IMG/VR virus record: IMGVR_UViG_3300009073_000004
Origin: a virus
Strand: one strand, 5' to 3'
Length of the DNA stretch: 64,000 bases
Shown piece after piece: positions 42,546-52,936 of the stretch (position 1 is its first letter; each line of letters opens with the position of its first letter). Below the pieces are notes generated by a model. The model had not been told where the DNA came from, did not search any database, and saw only the letters and a program-made list of their open reading frames with translations. Position numbers and translations under genes: made by a program.

Positions 42546-42603
42546 GATCATTACAGAATAGAAGTTCAAAAGTTCAACTCTATCAGTCCGAAAGATATAC
42601 GTC

Positions 42604-42993
42604 ATGAATCGAGACCAGAACCCCATCTACGATCAAGTCGATACCGCACCGCAGGCTGCCACGATCGAAGAAGTCCGTGAGCACGCTTCCATGTTGAAAG
42701 AGGTCATTGCGACCTCTGAGAAAGCAGAGCGTCTGGCGAAGAACCCGGATTTCAAAGATCTCATCCTGGATTTCTACATGCAGAAAGAACCGGCTCGTCT
42801 GGTCAGTTTTCTGGCTTCCGGCGAGATCAGCGAACAGCAGCGTGATGTGGTGACGGCAGAGCTTCGGGCTATCGGACACCTGAAGAATACTCTGTCGCGG
42901 ATTGTTCAGATGGGTGCTTCGGCACAGATCGATTTGGAACAGGCTCAGCACGCCATTGCAACCTTCGACGAGTTCGGACCCGACGAAGACTGA
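42604..42993 (+). CDS. hypothetical protein (129 aa)
   Basis: ORF track. Confidence 0.6.
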   Translation: MNRDQNPIYDQVDTAPQAATIEEVREHASMLKEVIATSEKAERLAKNPDFKDLILDFYMQKEPARLVSFLASGEISEQQRDVVTAELRAIGHLKNTLSRIVQMGASAQIDLEQAQHAIATFDEFGPDED

Positions 42994-43023
42994 TTCCTCG
43001 ACCGATAGATACCGCCCAACTTG

Positions 43024-43068
43024 AGGTTCAGTTCATGGCGCATGGTTCGTGAACTGAACCTTTTTTTA
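43024..43068 (+). terminator. strong rho-independent terminator inside the late module
   Basis: Perfect 12-bp stem AGGTTCAGTTCA / TGAACTGAACCT with a 14-nt loop, followed by T7. Confidence 0.8.
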
Positions 43069-43090
43069 TATAAAAACTGGAGACACCCCC

Positions 43091-44494
43091 ATGGCAGACG
43101 GCAAAGGTACAATCGATCTGGACAGCTTGTCCGACGATGAAGTGAAAGCTCTTAGCGGAGAGGATATCGAACGCCTGTCGAATCATCCGGCAGAGCCTGA
43201 ACCACAATCTGAAGAAGAGCCTGAGAACGAACCGGGTGATACCGACGATCAGGACAGTCAGGATGATGCTGATGACGACAGCGATTCTGACGACGAAAAT
43301 GAAAACGACGATGAGGCCGACAACGAGGAAGATAACGAAGACGGAAAAGAAGAAGAGGGCGAAGACGATGATGATGCCTCGGATGACGGATCTGATGACG
43401 ATGCTAAAAGTACAAAAGATTCTGAATCGGATGATGATGAAGAGGCAGCACAAAAGTCGAAAGACGATGGCGATTCTAAAGGCGGAAAAAAGAAACCGGC
43501 AGATGAAACAGACCCAGCTGATGAGGTCAAAGATCCTGCATCAGCCGATGGCGGTGACAAAAAGAAATCTGCCAAAAAGGGCGATCAGAAGGATGCGAAA
43601 GTAGACCCTGATGCTTCTGCTTCTGGTTCAGCCGATGCAAGCACGATGGCCGATTTCTACAACAAGATTACGGCTCCGTTCAAAGCCAACGGGAAAGACG
43701 TTCAGGTTCGGACTCCCGAGGAAGCAATCCGTCTCATGCAGATGGGGACGAACTATTCCAAGCGGATGCAGGAACTGAAGCCTCTCCGGGCGATGAATGC
43801 CATGCTTCAGCAACATGGTTTGACCAGCGAAGAAGATGTGAGCTTCCTGATCGACCTGAAGAATGGCGACGAGAAAGCGATCAAGAAACTTCTGAAAGAT
43901 CAGAAGATCGATCCTCTCGACATCGACATGGATGAGGCCGACGGCTATCAGCCGAAGAACTATGCCCCGGATCCGCAGAGCATGTCGTTCCGTGAAGCCA
44001 TTGAAGAGACCTATCAGAAAGAAGGTGGTCAGGAACTTATTCAAGATATCAATGACGCCAAAGGTTACTGGGATGACGCTTCGAAAGAAGCCCTCAGAAA
44101 GAACCCTGGAATCTTTGATAATTTGCTTGAACAAAGAAGTTCCGGTATATATGAAAAGATTACTGCTGAACTAGATCATCAGTTGACCATGGGATATCTC
44201 AAAGGTGTCCCCTTCTTGGAAGCTTATGACGCCGTTGGTGTCGAGATGGAAAAAGCTGGTGCATTTGGTTCGGCAAAGCAGACCGAAACTGCTGAGACCA
44301 AGAAGGACGTAGCCACCCCACAGGGCAAGAAACCTGTCGGCACTGGTTCTAGGAAGGCTAAAGCTTCAAAGCCCAATCCTGTTGTTTCTTCGACTAAACA
44401 GCCCCGCACCACGAAGAACACCAAACGCGAAGAAACGCCAGATTTCAGCACTATGTCAGATGAAGACTTCTTGAAGTTGGAAGCTCCTGCATAA
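43091..44494 (+). CDS. acidic scaffold-like / assembly protein (N4 gp57 position, 467 aa)
   Basis: GGAGA RBS. Residues ~20-140 are almost entirely Asp/Glu/Ser low complexity. The gene lies directly upstream of the capsid gene. Confidence 0.65.
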   Translation: MADGKGTIDLDSLSDDEVKALSGEDIERLSNHPAEPEPQSEEEPENEPGDTDDQDSQDDADDDSDSDDENENDDEADNEEDNEDGKEEEGEDDDDASDDGSDDDAKSTKDSESDDDEEAAQKSKDDGDSKGGKKKPADETDPADEVKDPASADGGDKKKSAKKGDQKDAKVDPDASASGSADASTMADFYNKITAPFKANGKDVQVRTPEEAIRLMQMGTNYSKRMQELKPLRAMNAMLQQHGLTSEEDVSFLIDLKNGDEKAIKKLLKDQKIDPLDIDMDEADGYQPKNYAPDPQSMSFREAIEETYQKEGGQELIQDINDAKGYWDDASKEALRKNPGIFDNLLEQRSSGIYEKITAELDHQLTMGYLKGVPFLEAYDAVGVEMEKAGAFGSAKQTETAETKKDVATPQGKKPVGTGSRKAKASKPNPVVSSTKQPRTTKNTKREETPDFSTMSDEDFLKLEAPA

Positions 44495-44534
44495 GTCCTG
44501 ATCTGGTAGCGATTGAAAAAGGAAGCGATACGTC

Positions 44535-45968
44535 ATGACTGCCATTTATAACAGCCCTCCCGCTGCCCCTTCGACGGTTGGCCCACAGGTCAACACCGAG
44601 TATTGGGACCGCAAATCTCTGATCGACGCCGCCGAACAGATGTTCTTCAGCCCTCTGGCCGATGCCCGGTATATGCCGATGCATTACGGCAAAGAGCTGA
44701 AAGTCTTCTACTACGTGCCGATGCTCGACGACCGCAACGTGAACGATCAGGGTATCGACGCTGCCGGTGTCACCATGGTTCCGTCTCAGTACACGGTGAA
44801 TTTTCCTCGCCTGGTTCTGAGCGTTGCCAATGCTGACAAGGCCGCCGCCGTCACCGCAATCGAAGACAACGTGGGTGCAACCCTGACCGCAACTGCCGGT
44901 GCCGATGATTCCGCAGCTGCTGGTTTTGCCGAAGTCACCCTGTCCGACGTTTCTGCGGTATACGCCGACGAGACCGATTCGGATGCTGTCGTCGCTCTGG
45001 GCGTCGGTGCCAGTGCTCAGGCCAACGGCGGGAACCTGTACGGCTCCGCTGAAGATGTCGGAACGATCACCGCGAAGATGCCGACCCTGACCGAAGAAGG
45101 TGGCCGCGTGAACCGGGTGGGCTTCACCCGTCTGGAACGCACGGGTGCCATCGCGGAATACGGCCTCTTTACCGAGTGGACCGAAGACAGCCTGATGTTC
45201 GATACCGATGCGGATCTGTACTCGCATGTTTCCCGCGAGATGGTGGCCGGTGCGAATGAGATTACCGAAGATCTTCTTCAGGTCGATCTCCTGAGCGCCG
45301 CTGGCACTGTGGTCTATACCGGCACGGCAACCTCCGACGCCTCGACCACCGCAGAAGGTGCGGATCCCTCGGTCGTGAACTATGCTGACCTGAAGCGCCT
45401 GAGCATCATGCTCGACGACAACCGAACGCCCAAGAATACGAAAGTGATCAAGGGTTCTCGGATGACGGATACCCGCACGGTCAATGCGGCCCGGATCATG
45501 TATATCGGTTCCGAGCTTCAGACTACCGTGGAGAACATGGTCGATGCCCTCGGCAATCCGGCCTATGTCCCCGTGCGTCAGTATGCCGATGCGTCGAACC
45601 TGCTGAACGGTGAGATCGGATCGATCGCGGACTTCCGTATCGTCGTCGTGCCGAACATGCTTCGCTGGGCCGGTGCCGGTGCAGAAGAAGGGACCAACCC
45701 CGGCTTCGCCGCTACGGGTGGTCGCTACGATATCTATCCCATGCTCGTCGTCGGCGGTGAGAGCTTCGCAACGGTCGGCCTTCAGTCTTCGGGCAAAAAG
45801 GGCGGCAAGCAGAAGTTCAAGATCATCGTCAAGAAGCCTGGGAAAGAGATCGCTGACCGGACGGACCCCTACGGCAAGGTCGGCTTCAGCTCGATCAGCT
45901 TCTGGCACGGCTTCATCAGCCTTCGCCCCGAGCGGATCGGACTTGTGAAGACCACGGCTCCTGAGTAA
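44535..45968 (+). CDS. major capsid protein (N4 gp56 position, 477 aa)
   Basis: Called from synteny (after the scaffold-like gene) and the hairpin terminator downstream. No motif check is possible by eye. Confidence 0.65.
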   Translation: MTAIYNSPPAAPSTVGPQVNTEYWDRKSLIDAAEQMFFSPLADARYMPMHYGKELKVFYYVPMLDDRNVNDQGIDAAGVTMVPSQYTVNFPRLVLSVANADKAAAVTAIEDNVGATLTATAGADDSAAAGFAEVTLSDVSAVYADETDSDAVVALGVGASAQANGGNLYGSAEDVGTITAKMPTLTEEGGRVNRVGFTRLERTGAIAEYGLFTEWTEDSLMFDTDADLYSHVSREMVAGANEITEDLLQVDLLSAAGTVVYTGTATSDASTTAEGADPSVVNYADLKRLSIMLDDNRTPKNTKVIKGSRMTDTRTVNAARIMYIGSELQTTVENMVDALGNPAYVPVRQYADASNLLNGEIGSIADFRIVVVPNMLRWAGAGAEEGTNPGFAATGGRYDIYPMLVVGGESFATVGLQSSGKKGGKQKFKIIVKKPGKEIADRTDPYGKVGFSSISFWHGFISLRPERIGLVKTTAPE

Positions 45969-46010
45969 TCTCTAGGGGCCGATGAGAACTATGCTCCTGT
46001 GAGCGAGTGA

Positions 46011-46040
46011 GTAGGGGGGCATTTGCCCCCTTACTTATAT
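46011..46040 (+). terminator. terminator after the capsid gene
   Basis: GTAGGGGGGC-attt-GCCCCCTTAC (10 bp including one G.U pair) followed by TTATAT. Confidence 0.55.
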
Positions 46041-46074
46041 GTGGAACCAAAACCTGTAACCCGAAGGAAACCCC

Positions 46075-46842
46075 ATGGCTGATGAAGACCTGAACATCGA
46101 AGAACTCCGCAAAGAAGCTGCCTCTCTTGGCATTGGTTTTTCCGGGAATACCGGCGCTTCCACGCTGAAAAAGAAGATCGACGAGCACAAGGCCAAAGCG
46201 GCCGAAGATGCTGATAAAGATTCCGATGAGACTTCGGAAGAAGGCGATGATGATTCCGCCGATGGTTCGGATGATTCGAATGATTCAGATGATGATGATT
46301 CCGAAGACGACTCCGAAGACGATTCTGAAGATGACGACGTGCCGGATGTTCTGAGCGCCAAGGCCAAGGATGAGCCTCCGATCCAGGTCACGAAGGTCAA
46401 GAAGAAGCCCAAGAAACCTACGGTCCCTGAGCTGATTGCGATGGATGTGACCCAGATCGAAGATCCCAATCTCCGCCGTGTCGCCATCCGAGCACAGGCA
46501 CTCCGTCTTCGCCGGGTGCAGATCGTCAATCTCGATCCGGGTGATTCGGCTCTGTCGGGGACCATCGTTTCGGTGTCGAACAAGTATACCGGCAAGGTGG
46601 CGAAATACATCCCGTTCGGTGAAGACTCCGATGGCGGCTATCACATCCCGAACATTCTCTACGAGCATCTGAAGAGCCAGAAGTTCGTTCTCCGTCGTGA
46701 GAAGAAAGGTTCGAAGTTCGGCGTGAAGCAGTATTCCAATCGGATGATGCCGAAGTACCAGATCATCGACCTGCCGGACCTGACGCCGAGCGAGATCGAC
46801 GAGCTGGCCAAACGCCAGACTGCTTCCCAGTCGATCGGCTAA
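46075..46842 (+). CDS. virion-associated protein with SAP/Rho_N-like N-terminus and an acidic linker (255 aa)
   Basis: LNIEELRKEAASLGIGFSGNTGASTLKKKIDEH followed by a D/E/S-rich stretch. Confidence 0.6.
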   Translation: MADEDLNIEELRKEAASLGIGFSGNTGASTLKKKIDEHKAKAAEDADKDSDETSEEGDDDSADGSDDSNDSDDDDSEDDSEDDSEDDDVPDVLSAKAKDEPPIQVTKVKKKPKKPTVPELIAMDVTQIEDPNLRRVAIRAQALRLRRVQIVNLDPGDSALSGTIVSVSNKYTGKVAKYIPFGEDSDGGYHIPNILYEHLKSQKFVLRREKKGSKFGVKQYSNRMMPKYQIIDLPDLTPSEIDELAKRQTASQSIG

Positions 46843-46888
46843 AGGGTATATCTGAACCCGGATAACAAACACAGAGAGAGCCAGCGAT

Positions 46889-47920
46889 ATGTCTACTACC
46901 TCGAACACCTATAAAGGAGAAGAGGTGGCAAACACGCTGGCTCTTGCCCTTAAAGATGTTTCTGTAACCCTTCCAGCTTTTGATTTCACGACAGCGAACT
47001 ATACGTTCGACCCGACTGATCAGAGCGGAAACCCTCTTTTTGAAACCCCTGAAAATCTGACCATCGCTCATGTCACCGAAGCCACGATAAGTGGAGACGG
47101 TGCTTTTGACGTGATGATGAAAGCGGTCGATGCTCACATTGATCGGCAGTTCAAGAAAGACAGGATCACAGGCGACCAATACGCCAAAGTCTATGTCGAA
47201 CTGATCACTGGAGTTATGGGCAATGCTACCCAGTTTGTCTTGTCCAGAGACAAGGCAAAGTTCGATGCAATTCGAAGCCAGATGGATGCTCGAACAGCTC
47301 AGATCAATGCCACTGCGGCAATGGTCAATCTGGATGAAGCGAAACTGTCTGCCAGCAAGATGTATTACGATGTGCATACCTCTGCTGCCAATTATGCCCT
47401 GACCAAGATGCAGACTGCTGTGGCCAATGCCCAATATGGTCAGCTTCGTTTCACCATTGACAAAATGATGCCGGTCCAGCTTGCCCAAGAGCAGCACAAG
47501 ATCACCCAGCTCATGCCAGCTCAGACCCGGCTTGTACTGGAACAGCTGGAGGCTGCCCGAGGTCAGACCCTGGATACTCGAACTGATGATCTCACTCCCA
47601 TTGGTGGTTTGATCGCTCTTCAGAAGAACATCCTCGTCGAGCAAAGGGAATCCGAGAGAGCCAAAACCCTCGACACCAGATCTGATGGAACAACTCCTGT
47701 CGCTGGTTCGGTCGGCAAACAGAATGAACTCTACGATCAGCAGATTGACAGCTACAAGAAAGATGCTCGTCATAAAGCTGCGAAGATGTATCTGGATGCA
47801 TGGATCACTCAGAAGACATTGGATGAAGGTCTCTTGGCTCCGACCGAGCTTCAGAATGCCACGGTCAACACCGTGCTGGAATCGATCCGAACCGGGAACG
47901 AACTGACCAGCACTCCATAA
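46889..47920 (+). CDS. helical virion protein (N4 gp54 position, 343 aa)
   Basis: ORF track and synteny. Confidence 0.6.
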   Translation: MSTTSNTYKGEEVANTLALALKDVSVTLPAFDFTTANYTFDPTDQSGNPLFETPENLTIAHVTEATISGDGAFDVMMKAVDAHIDRQFKKDRITGDQYAKVYVELITGVMGNATQFVLSRDKAKFDAIRSQMDARTAQINATAAMVNLDEAKLSASKMYYDVHTSAANYALTKMQTAVANAQYGQLRFTIDKMMPVQLAQEQHKITQLMPAQTRLVLEQLEAARGQTLDTRTDDLTPIGGLIALQKNILVEQRESERAKTLDTRSDGTTPVAGSVGKQNELYDQQIDSYKKDARHKAAKMYLDAWITQKTLDEGLLAPTELQNATVNTVLESIRTGNELTSTP

Positions 47921-47941
47921 GATCTAACAAGGTAAAAGTTC

Positions 47942-50632
47942 ATGGGACTCTTTTCGAGAAAGAAGACGATCACCGTTTCCTCCACGCTTTACAACTTGGC
48001 AGGGCCGGTCGATCAACGTCCGAATTTTCTGAAGAGTTCTGTGTTCGGAGCCATCATTGCTGATGATGGTTCCTACCTTGGAGAGACCCTGACCAACAAC
48101 TATCTGACCGGCCCCGGCATCAAACAAAGACAGTTCTACAACTGGGCCGTCAGAACTTCTTATGAAGGCTTGCCAGTTTCCAGCATTGCTTCTCAGCAGA
48201 AGCTTGATCTGGAAACGGTAAAAGCTGAGATCCCTGTCCCGGCAACACCTGCCGGTCTGGTCACTCAGATGCAATCGGCTATTCTTCAAGATGGTGATTT
48301 CTCATGGGTGGCTGAGAAACACATCCTGGATAATTTTCCAGCTCTCTACAACACTGATTGGGTAGCAGACTATGATGCCGAAGATCATGAAGTTGTAATC
48401 CAATATGAAGATACCTCTGTCGAATATGTTCCTGCTGGAGATTACGATCCAGCAGCTCAGTATATCATCGCATATTTTTATCAGTCTCTCCCGACTGAAG
48501 CAGGGCCATGGACTGAGATCGACAGCGGAATGGACATCATAGATTTCTCTCTGGTTCCTTCCACTGGTTCATACACCTTCGACAATCTGGATACTGTAGG
48601 AACGCCTCTTCAGACTTTTGTAGATCTTGAAGAGAAGACCACAGAAGATAGAACTTACTCTGATGCGACTCCTCCGACTTCAACAAGCTCGAGCACATTC
48701 ACGACTGAGACTTTTCAGAATGAAGATACTACTTATTTGAAACATGAGTATAATGGTTCAAACGGAGATACTGTTGAGACCACTGAATCTGATTTCATTT
48801 TCACAATCCGTGAGAAAAGAGCAATCCGTGTCGACACCGTTGTAACCACTACTACCAATGATATGGGTGGGGGTGTCACAGAAACTGTCACGACAACTGT
48901 TGAGACAGAAGTTCTGGAACCTGCATATGATTACTCGATAGAAGAGCAGATCACCACCACCAGCAAGGTGGTTGGTGGGTATCAGATGTTTGTCTACAAG
49001 ATCGGTGGAACCAATGCCAACCTGAATGGTCTGGTGACAACTGCACCTGCGGCTCTTCCAGAGTTCTTTCCATTCATTCCGATTCGTTTGAGCAATAAGT
49101 CAATCAAAGATGAGATATTTGATTCTGTGACCGGCAACGGTCTCTATGCGTCGAGCAAGACAGCATATCGGAAAGCCTTTGGGAAAAACAAATTCAACAG
49201 CACCATCGACAGTCTGGAAGATAACCCGGATCTGGGCGACATTGATTATGCGTATCTCTTTTTTGGAGTTCCTCTTAATGTTGCAGAGAACTCTAGTAAG
49301 AAATATCTGTTCAACTTCTTTGAAGGTTTGGTTCCTTTCCAGAATACCACTGGATCGAGCATCACAAACCTGCAAGCAAACATTGATGCATATGACATAG
49401 CGATTGCCGCGTATGAAAATTGGGTCACAGCTCAAGGGGACAATACGGATCCCCTGTTCAACACGCCAAGACCTGATGTTCCAACGATCGATATTCCTGA
49501 ATACACCACGATCAGGATCAATACCGATCATGTGTCTCTCGACGATTTTGATAATCGCATTTCTTGGTTCAACATTGATGTCGAAGTGATCGCCGGTCTC
49601 TATGAGGCTGGAGCCAATGGCGGAAATGTAAAGATCGAAAAGGGCGGAACGCTCGAGTGGCAGAGCAATAACGGATTCAGTTCAGAGAAGATTTCTCTGG
49701 AAACTATCGTGATGTACTACCAGACAAGTGACACTTCTCACAAGAAGATGACTATCTATGGTTTGCAGCACAAGAACCTTATCTACAAAGGTAAATCGGT
49801 AAATATAAGTGGGCATGATGCTCTGGACGATTCTGAAGAGTCAGGCTTCCTGATCCCTCTCCATAATCCCACAGTCAGGAACATGGGTCTCGTCGATGCG
49901 ACCCAGATGACCACGGCGAATGCCTACATGGTGATCAACACCTATGAGGTCACGAAACAGAAGTGGTATGAGACCCTTGGTTTCAAGATCCTGGTTGTCA
50001 TCCTGATCGTCGCTGTAACGGTCGCTACAGCAGGTGCAGGCACGGTGGGCATACTCGGGGCCAATGCAGCTGTAGGGGCGTCTCTGGGCCTCTCAGGCAC
50101 CGCTGCGGTCATTGCTGGAGCTGTGGCTAATGCTGTTGCTGCATTGGTTTTGACCCAAGTGATCACATACGCTTCGAAGCAGCTGCTCGGAGACCGGATT
50201 GGTGCCATCGTCGGAACCGTGCTCAGCATCGCTGTGACAGGCGGTCTGTCGGGTGCGAACTTCGGTGATCTGATGACCGTCACCAATGTCTTGGCCGTGA
50301 CCAATGTGACGCTGAACGCTTTCAACGATTACAACGCTGAGAAGTGGAACGACAAACTTACTGATCTGGAAGAAAAGTATGAAGGTCAGATGGACACCAT
50401 TAATCAGAAAATGGAAGAGTTGGGCTTGAATAATGGCAACCTGTCGTTCAGCCCGATGCAGCTGATTGATGAGAGCCGAGGTCAGGGTTTGGGCGGAGCT
50501 ACAACTTTTGTTCCAGAAAGTGCTGATGACTTTATTCACCGGACAACTATGGTAGGCAGTGACATTGCTGAAGTCACATTGTCTATGGTACAGAACTACG
50601 TGAATTTAACACTTCAGCTACCGTACAAATGA
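47942..50632 (+). CDS. large virion protein with a C-terminal Gly/Ala-rich hydrophobic region (N4 gp53 position, 896 aa)
   Basis: ILVVILIVAVTVATAGAGTVGILGANAAVGASLGLSGTAAVIAGAVANAVAALVL... suggests a membrane-inserting or ejection role. Confidence 0.65.
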   Translation: MGLFSRKKTITVSSTLYNLAGPVDQRPNFLKSSVFGAIIADDGSYLGETLTNNYLTGPGIKQRQFYNWAVRTSYEGLPVSSIASQQKLDLETVKAEIPVPATPAGLVTQMQSAILQDGDFSWVAEKHILDNFPALYNTDWVADYDAEDHEVVIQYEDTSVEYVPAGDYDPAAQYIIAYFYQSLPTEAGPWTEIDSGMDIIDFSLVPSTGSYTFDNLDTVGTPLQTFVDLEEKTTEDRTYSDATPPTSTSSSTFTTETFQNEDTTYLKHEYNGSNGDTVETTESDFIFTIREKRAIRVDTVVTTTTNDMGGGVTETVTTTVETEVLEPAYDYSIEEQITTTSKVVGGYQMFVYKIGGTNANLNGLVTTAPAALPEFFPFIPIRLSNKSIKDEIFDSVTGNGLYASSKTAYRKAFGKNKFNSTIDSLEDNPDLGDIDYAYLFFGVPLNVAENSSKKYLFNFFEGLVPFQNTTGSSITNLQANIDAYDIAIAAYENWVTAQGDNTDPLFNTPRPDVPTIDIPEYTTIRINTDHVSLDDFDNRISWFNIDVEVIAGLYEAGANGGNVKIEKGGTLEWQSNNGFSSEKISLETIVMYYQTSDTSHKKMTIYGLQHKNLIYKGKSVNISGHDALDDSEESGFLIPLHNPTVRNMGLVDATQMTTANAYMVINTYEVTKQKWYETLGFKILVVILIVAVTVATAGAGTVGILGANAAVGASLGLSGTAAVIAGAVANAVAALVLTQVITYASKQLLGDRIGAIVGTVLSIAVTGGLSGANFGDLMTVTNVLAVTNVTLNAFNDYNAEKWNDKLTDLEEKYEGQMDTINQKMEELGLNNGNLSFSPMQLIDESRGQGLGGATTFVPESADDFIHRTTMVGSDIAEVTLSMVQNYVNLTLQLPYK

Positions 50633-50651
50633 GCCAAATAGGAGATGCGAG

Positions 50652-51122
50652 ATGAACGGATATAATGGATGGGATCCTCAAGTCACCATGGGTCCAATGG
50701 GTTCGGTTGCAGGTGCAGCAATTCAGGCTCAAGGTTCTGGAGGCTTTGCCCCTGTAGCCAGTAATCCTGTGCCTGCTTTGCAGGGTGCTCTGAATGGAAA
50801 GTATCAGTTCCCAGGTGCAGATCCTGGAGGAACCGGCTCAGGCTTCGGCATCAGCGGGATGTCTCAGGGAACTGCCAACAATCTGGGCTATGCCAGCATG
50901 GGTCTGGGCGCTCTTCAGACCGTCGGCAGCCTGTGGAACTCCTACAATGCCAACAAGCTGGCAAAGAAGTCTTATGGCCTTCAGAAGAAAGCTTTCGAGA
51001 CCAATCTGAAAGCCAGCACCAAGAGCTACAACACGGCACTGGAAGATCGGATCCGTTCCCGGTATGCCACCGAGGGACGATCTGGTGAAGCAGACGCCTA
51101 CATCGACAAGAACAAGCTCTAA
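50652..51122 (+). CDS. Gly-rich small virion protein (N4 gp52 position, 156 aa)
   Basis: ORF track and synteny. Confidence 0.55.
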   Translation: MNGYNGWDPQVTMGPMGSVAGAAIQAQGSGGFAPVASNPVPALQGALNGKYQFPGADPGGTGSGFGISGMSQGTANNLGYASMGLGALQTVGSLWNSYNANKLAKKSYGLQKKAFETNLKASTKSYNTALEDRIRSRYATEGRSGEADAYIDKNKL

Positions 51123-51175
51123 GGGCTGAAACCACAGAACCAAAAGACTGAAGAGTAGAACCAGGAGCACAGATC

Positions 51176-52912
51176 ATGGCTGGCGGAAGACTTCAATTTC
51201 AACGGGTGACGGCTCCTGATTTTGCAGGTACGGCAAGCATCCTCCGAGATTCTGCAAACCACCTCGACAAAGGACTGGCCAGTGCCAAGGGCATCATGGA
51301 TCAGTACCGGGAGGGTGAGCAGGAAAAAGTGGACAGCAGCATCTTGCAAGAGATGAACAAGATCAAAACCGAAGAGCAAGCTGATGCTTTCTTCAACAGC
51401 GAAGCTATCGCCGGTCGAACCTTGTCCCCGGTTGTCCAGAAACAAATGGGCGCATTGCGTCAAAAACTGATCACCGAGAAAGGTGGTCGGATCCAGAATA
51501 CTGGGCGAGAAGCAAGCAATGCCGGTCAGGTATTGCTGAACGAACAGCAGCGGTTTTCCAATCAGAACATGGCGGCCGATCGAGATCGTGCTGTGCGGAA
51601 AGACAATGCTGGGATTGCTCTGCTTGAGACCCAGAATGTTGGAGCTGGAACAGCGAATGAAATCGCCGCTGGAGAGCTGGCATTTCAGGGTGACAAACAA
51701 CAGATGGTCCGAGACGAATCCGCGGCATCTGTTGCTGCCCGGAATGCAGCAACTCAGGCTTCGACTTTGGCCGGTAAATTCAGCGAAGCTCAGCTCAATG
51801 CTTTGCCTGAACAGCAGCGTCAGGAGCTGGAGAAGTTCAACGCTGACATGGAACAGGCCAAGATCGTCCGGGAGAAAGCTCAGCTGGAGCTGGATGCATT
51901 TCCTGAGAGGGAAGACCTTCGGAAGCGGTTGGCTGAAGCCCAAGCCAAAGAAGCTGAATCTCAGGCGAACTTTGCAGATCGCATTGCCCAGTCTGGTTTG
52001 GACACTGATGCTTCGAGGCGAGCAGCTTCTCGAGCACAGCAACAGCTTGCGGCCAACTCTGACAGACGGAGCCAGACGGTCTTCAATCAGAACCAGGCTG
52101 ACAAGGCTGAACAGGATCTGAAAGCTGACCAGTGGGAAATGCAGCGAGAGCAGATTGATGCTGGTCTTTCGGCCATGTATGACGATCCGTCTCTTGCGAA
52201 AGAAGATATTGCCCAGAACCTCTATGAGGGAAATCTTCTTCGAACCAACGGGGAAATCGACCCGAGGAAGGTCAAATACGCTGAAGATCAGCTTGGTGTT
52301 TTCTTGGGATCTCAGACCGGACAAGCAGCATACCCAACTCAGGAGTTGGATCCTCGACAGGTACAAGCTGCAACAGAGCTGGCTCAGGTCGAACAGGAAA
52401 AAGCTACTGTCAATGAGCGGAGTTCGCTTCAGTTTCTGGCTGGTCAGTATGACGATCCTGATGCTGCAAAAACTCTTCGAGACAGTACAGGTCTTGATGA
52501 GAGCTGGTTCCCGTTTGGGGTTGGTACATGGAGCCGGGAAGAGGTCGATCAGAAAGTTATGTCTGTGGCTTCCAAGTATGGCATTGAGTACCCAGTTGCA
52601 GCCGCAGCTGTAGCTCAGGCAGTTCAGAACAAATCTTGGGTTCCAGGAAAATCCATCAATGATGGAAAGATCGAAGAGCTGGTTCTGAAATCTCTTGATC
52701 CTGATGCAAACTCTCGGATCAAACGCCAGAAATCGAACGCAGACAGTTTGACTGCAACAGCAGCGGCTCGTGTCAAAGAATTGACAGATCTGCAAAATCA
52801 GATGATTAGGTATCAACGCCGAAATCAAGAAGTTCCTCCGGGCTTGGTTCTGAGGGAACAGCAGATTAAGATGCAGATCGAAGCAGACAATGACAGCGGG
52901 TATCGCCGCTGA
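51176..52912 (+). CDS. Gln/Ala-rich coiled-coil virion protein (N4 gp51 position, 578 aa)
   Basis: ORF track and synteny. Confidence 0.6.
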   Translation: MAGGRLQFQRVTAPDFAGTASILRDSANHLDKGLASAKGIMDQYREGEQEKVDSSILQEMNKIKTEEQADAFFNSEAIAGRTLSPVVQKQMGALRQKLITEKGGRIQNTGREASNAGQVLLNEQQRFSNQNMAADRDRAVRKDNAGIALLETQNVGAGTANEIAAGELAFQGDKQQMVRDESAASVAARNAATQASTLAGKFSEAQLNALPEQQRQELEKFNADMEQAKIVREKAQLELDAFPEREDLRKRLAEAQAKEAESQANFADRIAQSGLDTDASRRAASRAQQQLAANSDRRSQTVFNQNQADKAEQDLKADQWEMQREQIDAGLSAMYDDPSLAKEDIAQNLYEGNLLRTNGEIDPRKVKYAEDQLGVFLGSQTGQAAYPTQELDPRQVQAATELAQVEQEKATVNERSSLQFLAGQYDDPDAAKTLRDSTGLDESWFPFGVGTWSREEVDQKVMSVASKYGIEYPVAAAAVAQAVQNKSWVPGKSINDGKIEELVLKSLDPDANSRIKRQKSNADSLTATAAARVKELTDLQNQMIRYQRRNQEVPPGLVLREQQIKMQIEADNDSGYRR

Positions 52913-52936
52913 TCAAATGTAGAAAGGTCATGAGAA

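Noticed and set aside
44451-45908. 485-aa minus-strand ORF opposite the capsid gene
   Set aside because: Codon-aligned shadow with an Arg/Gly/His-rich composition typical of antisense translation.
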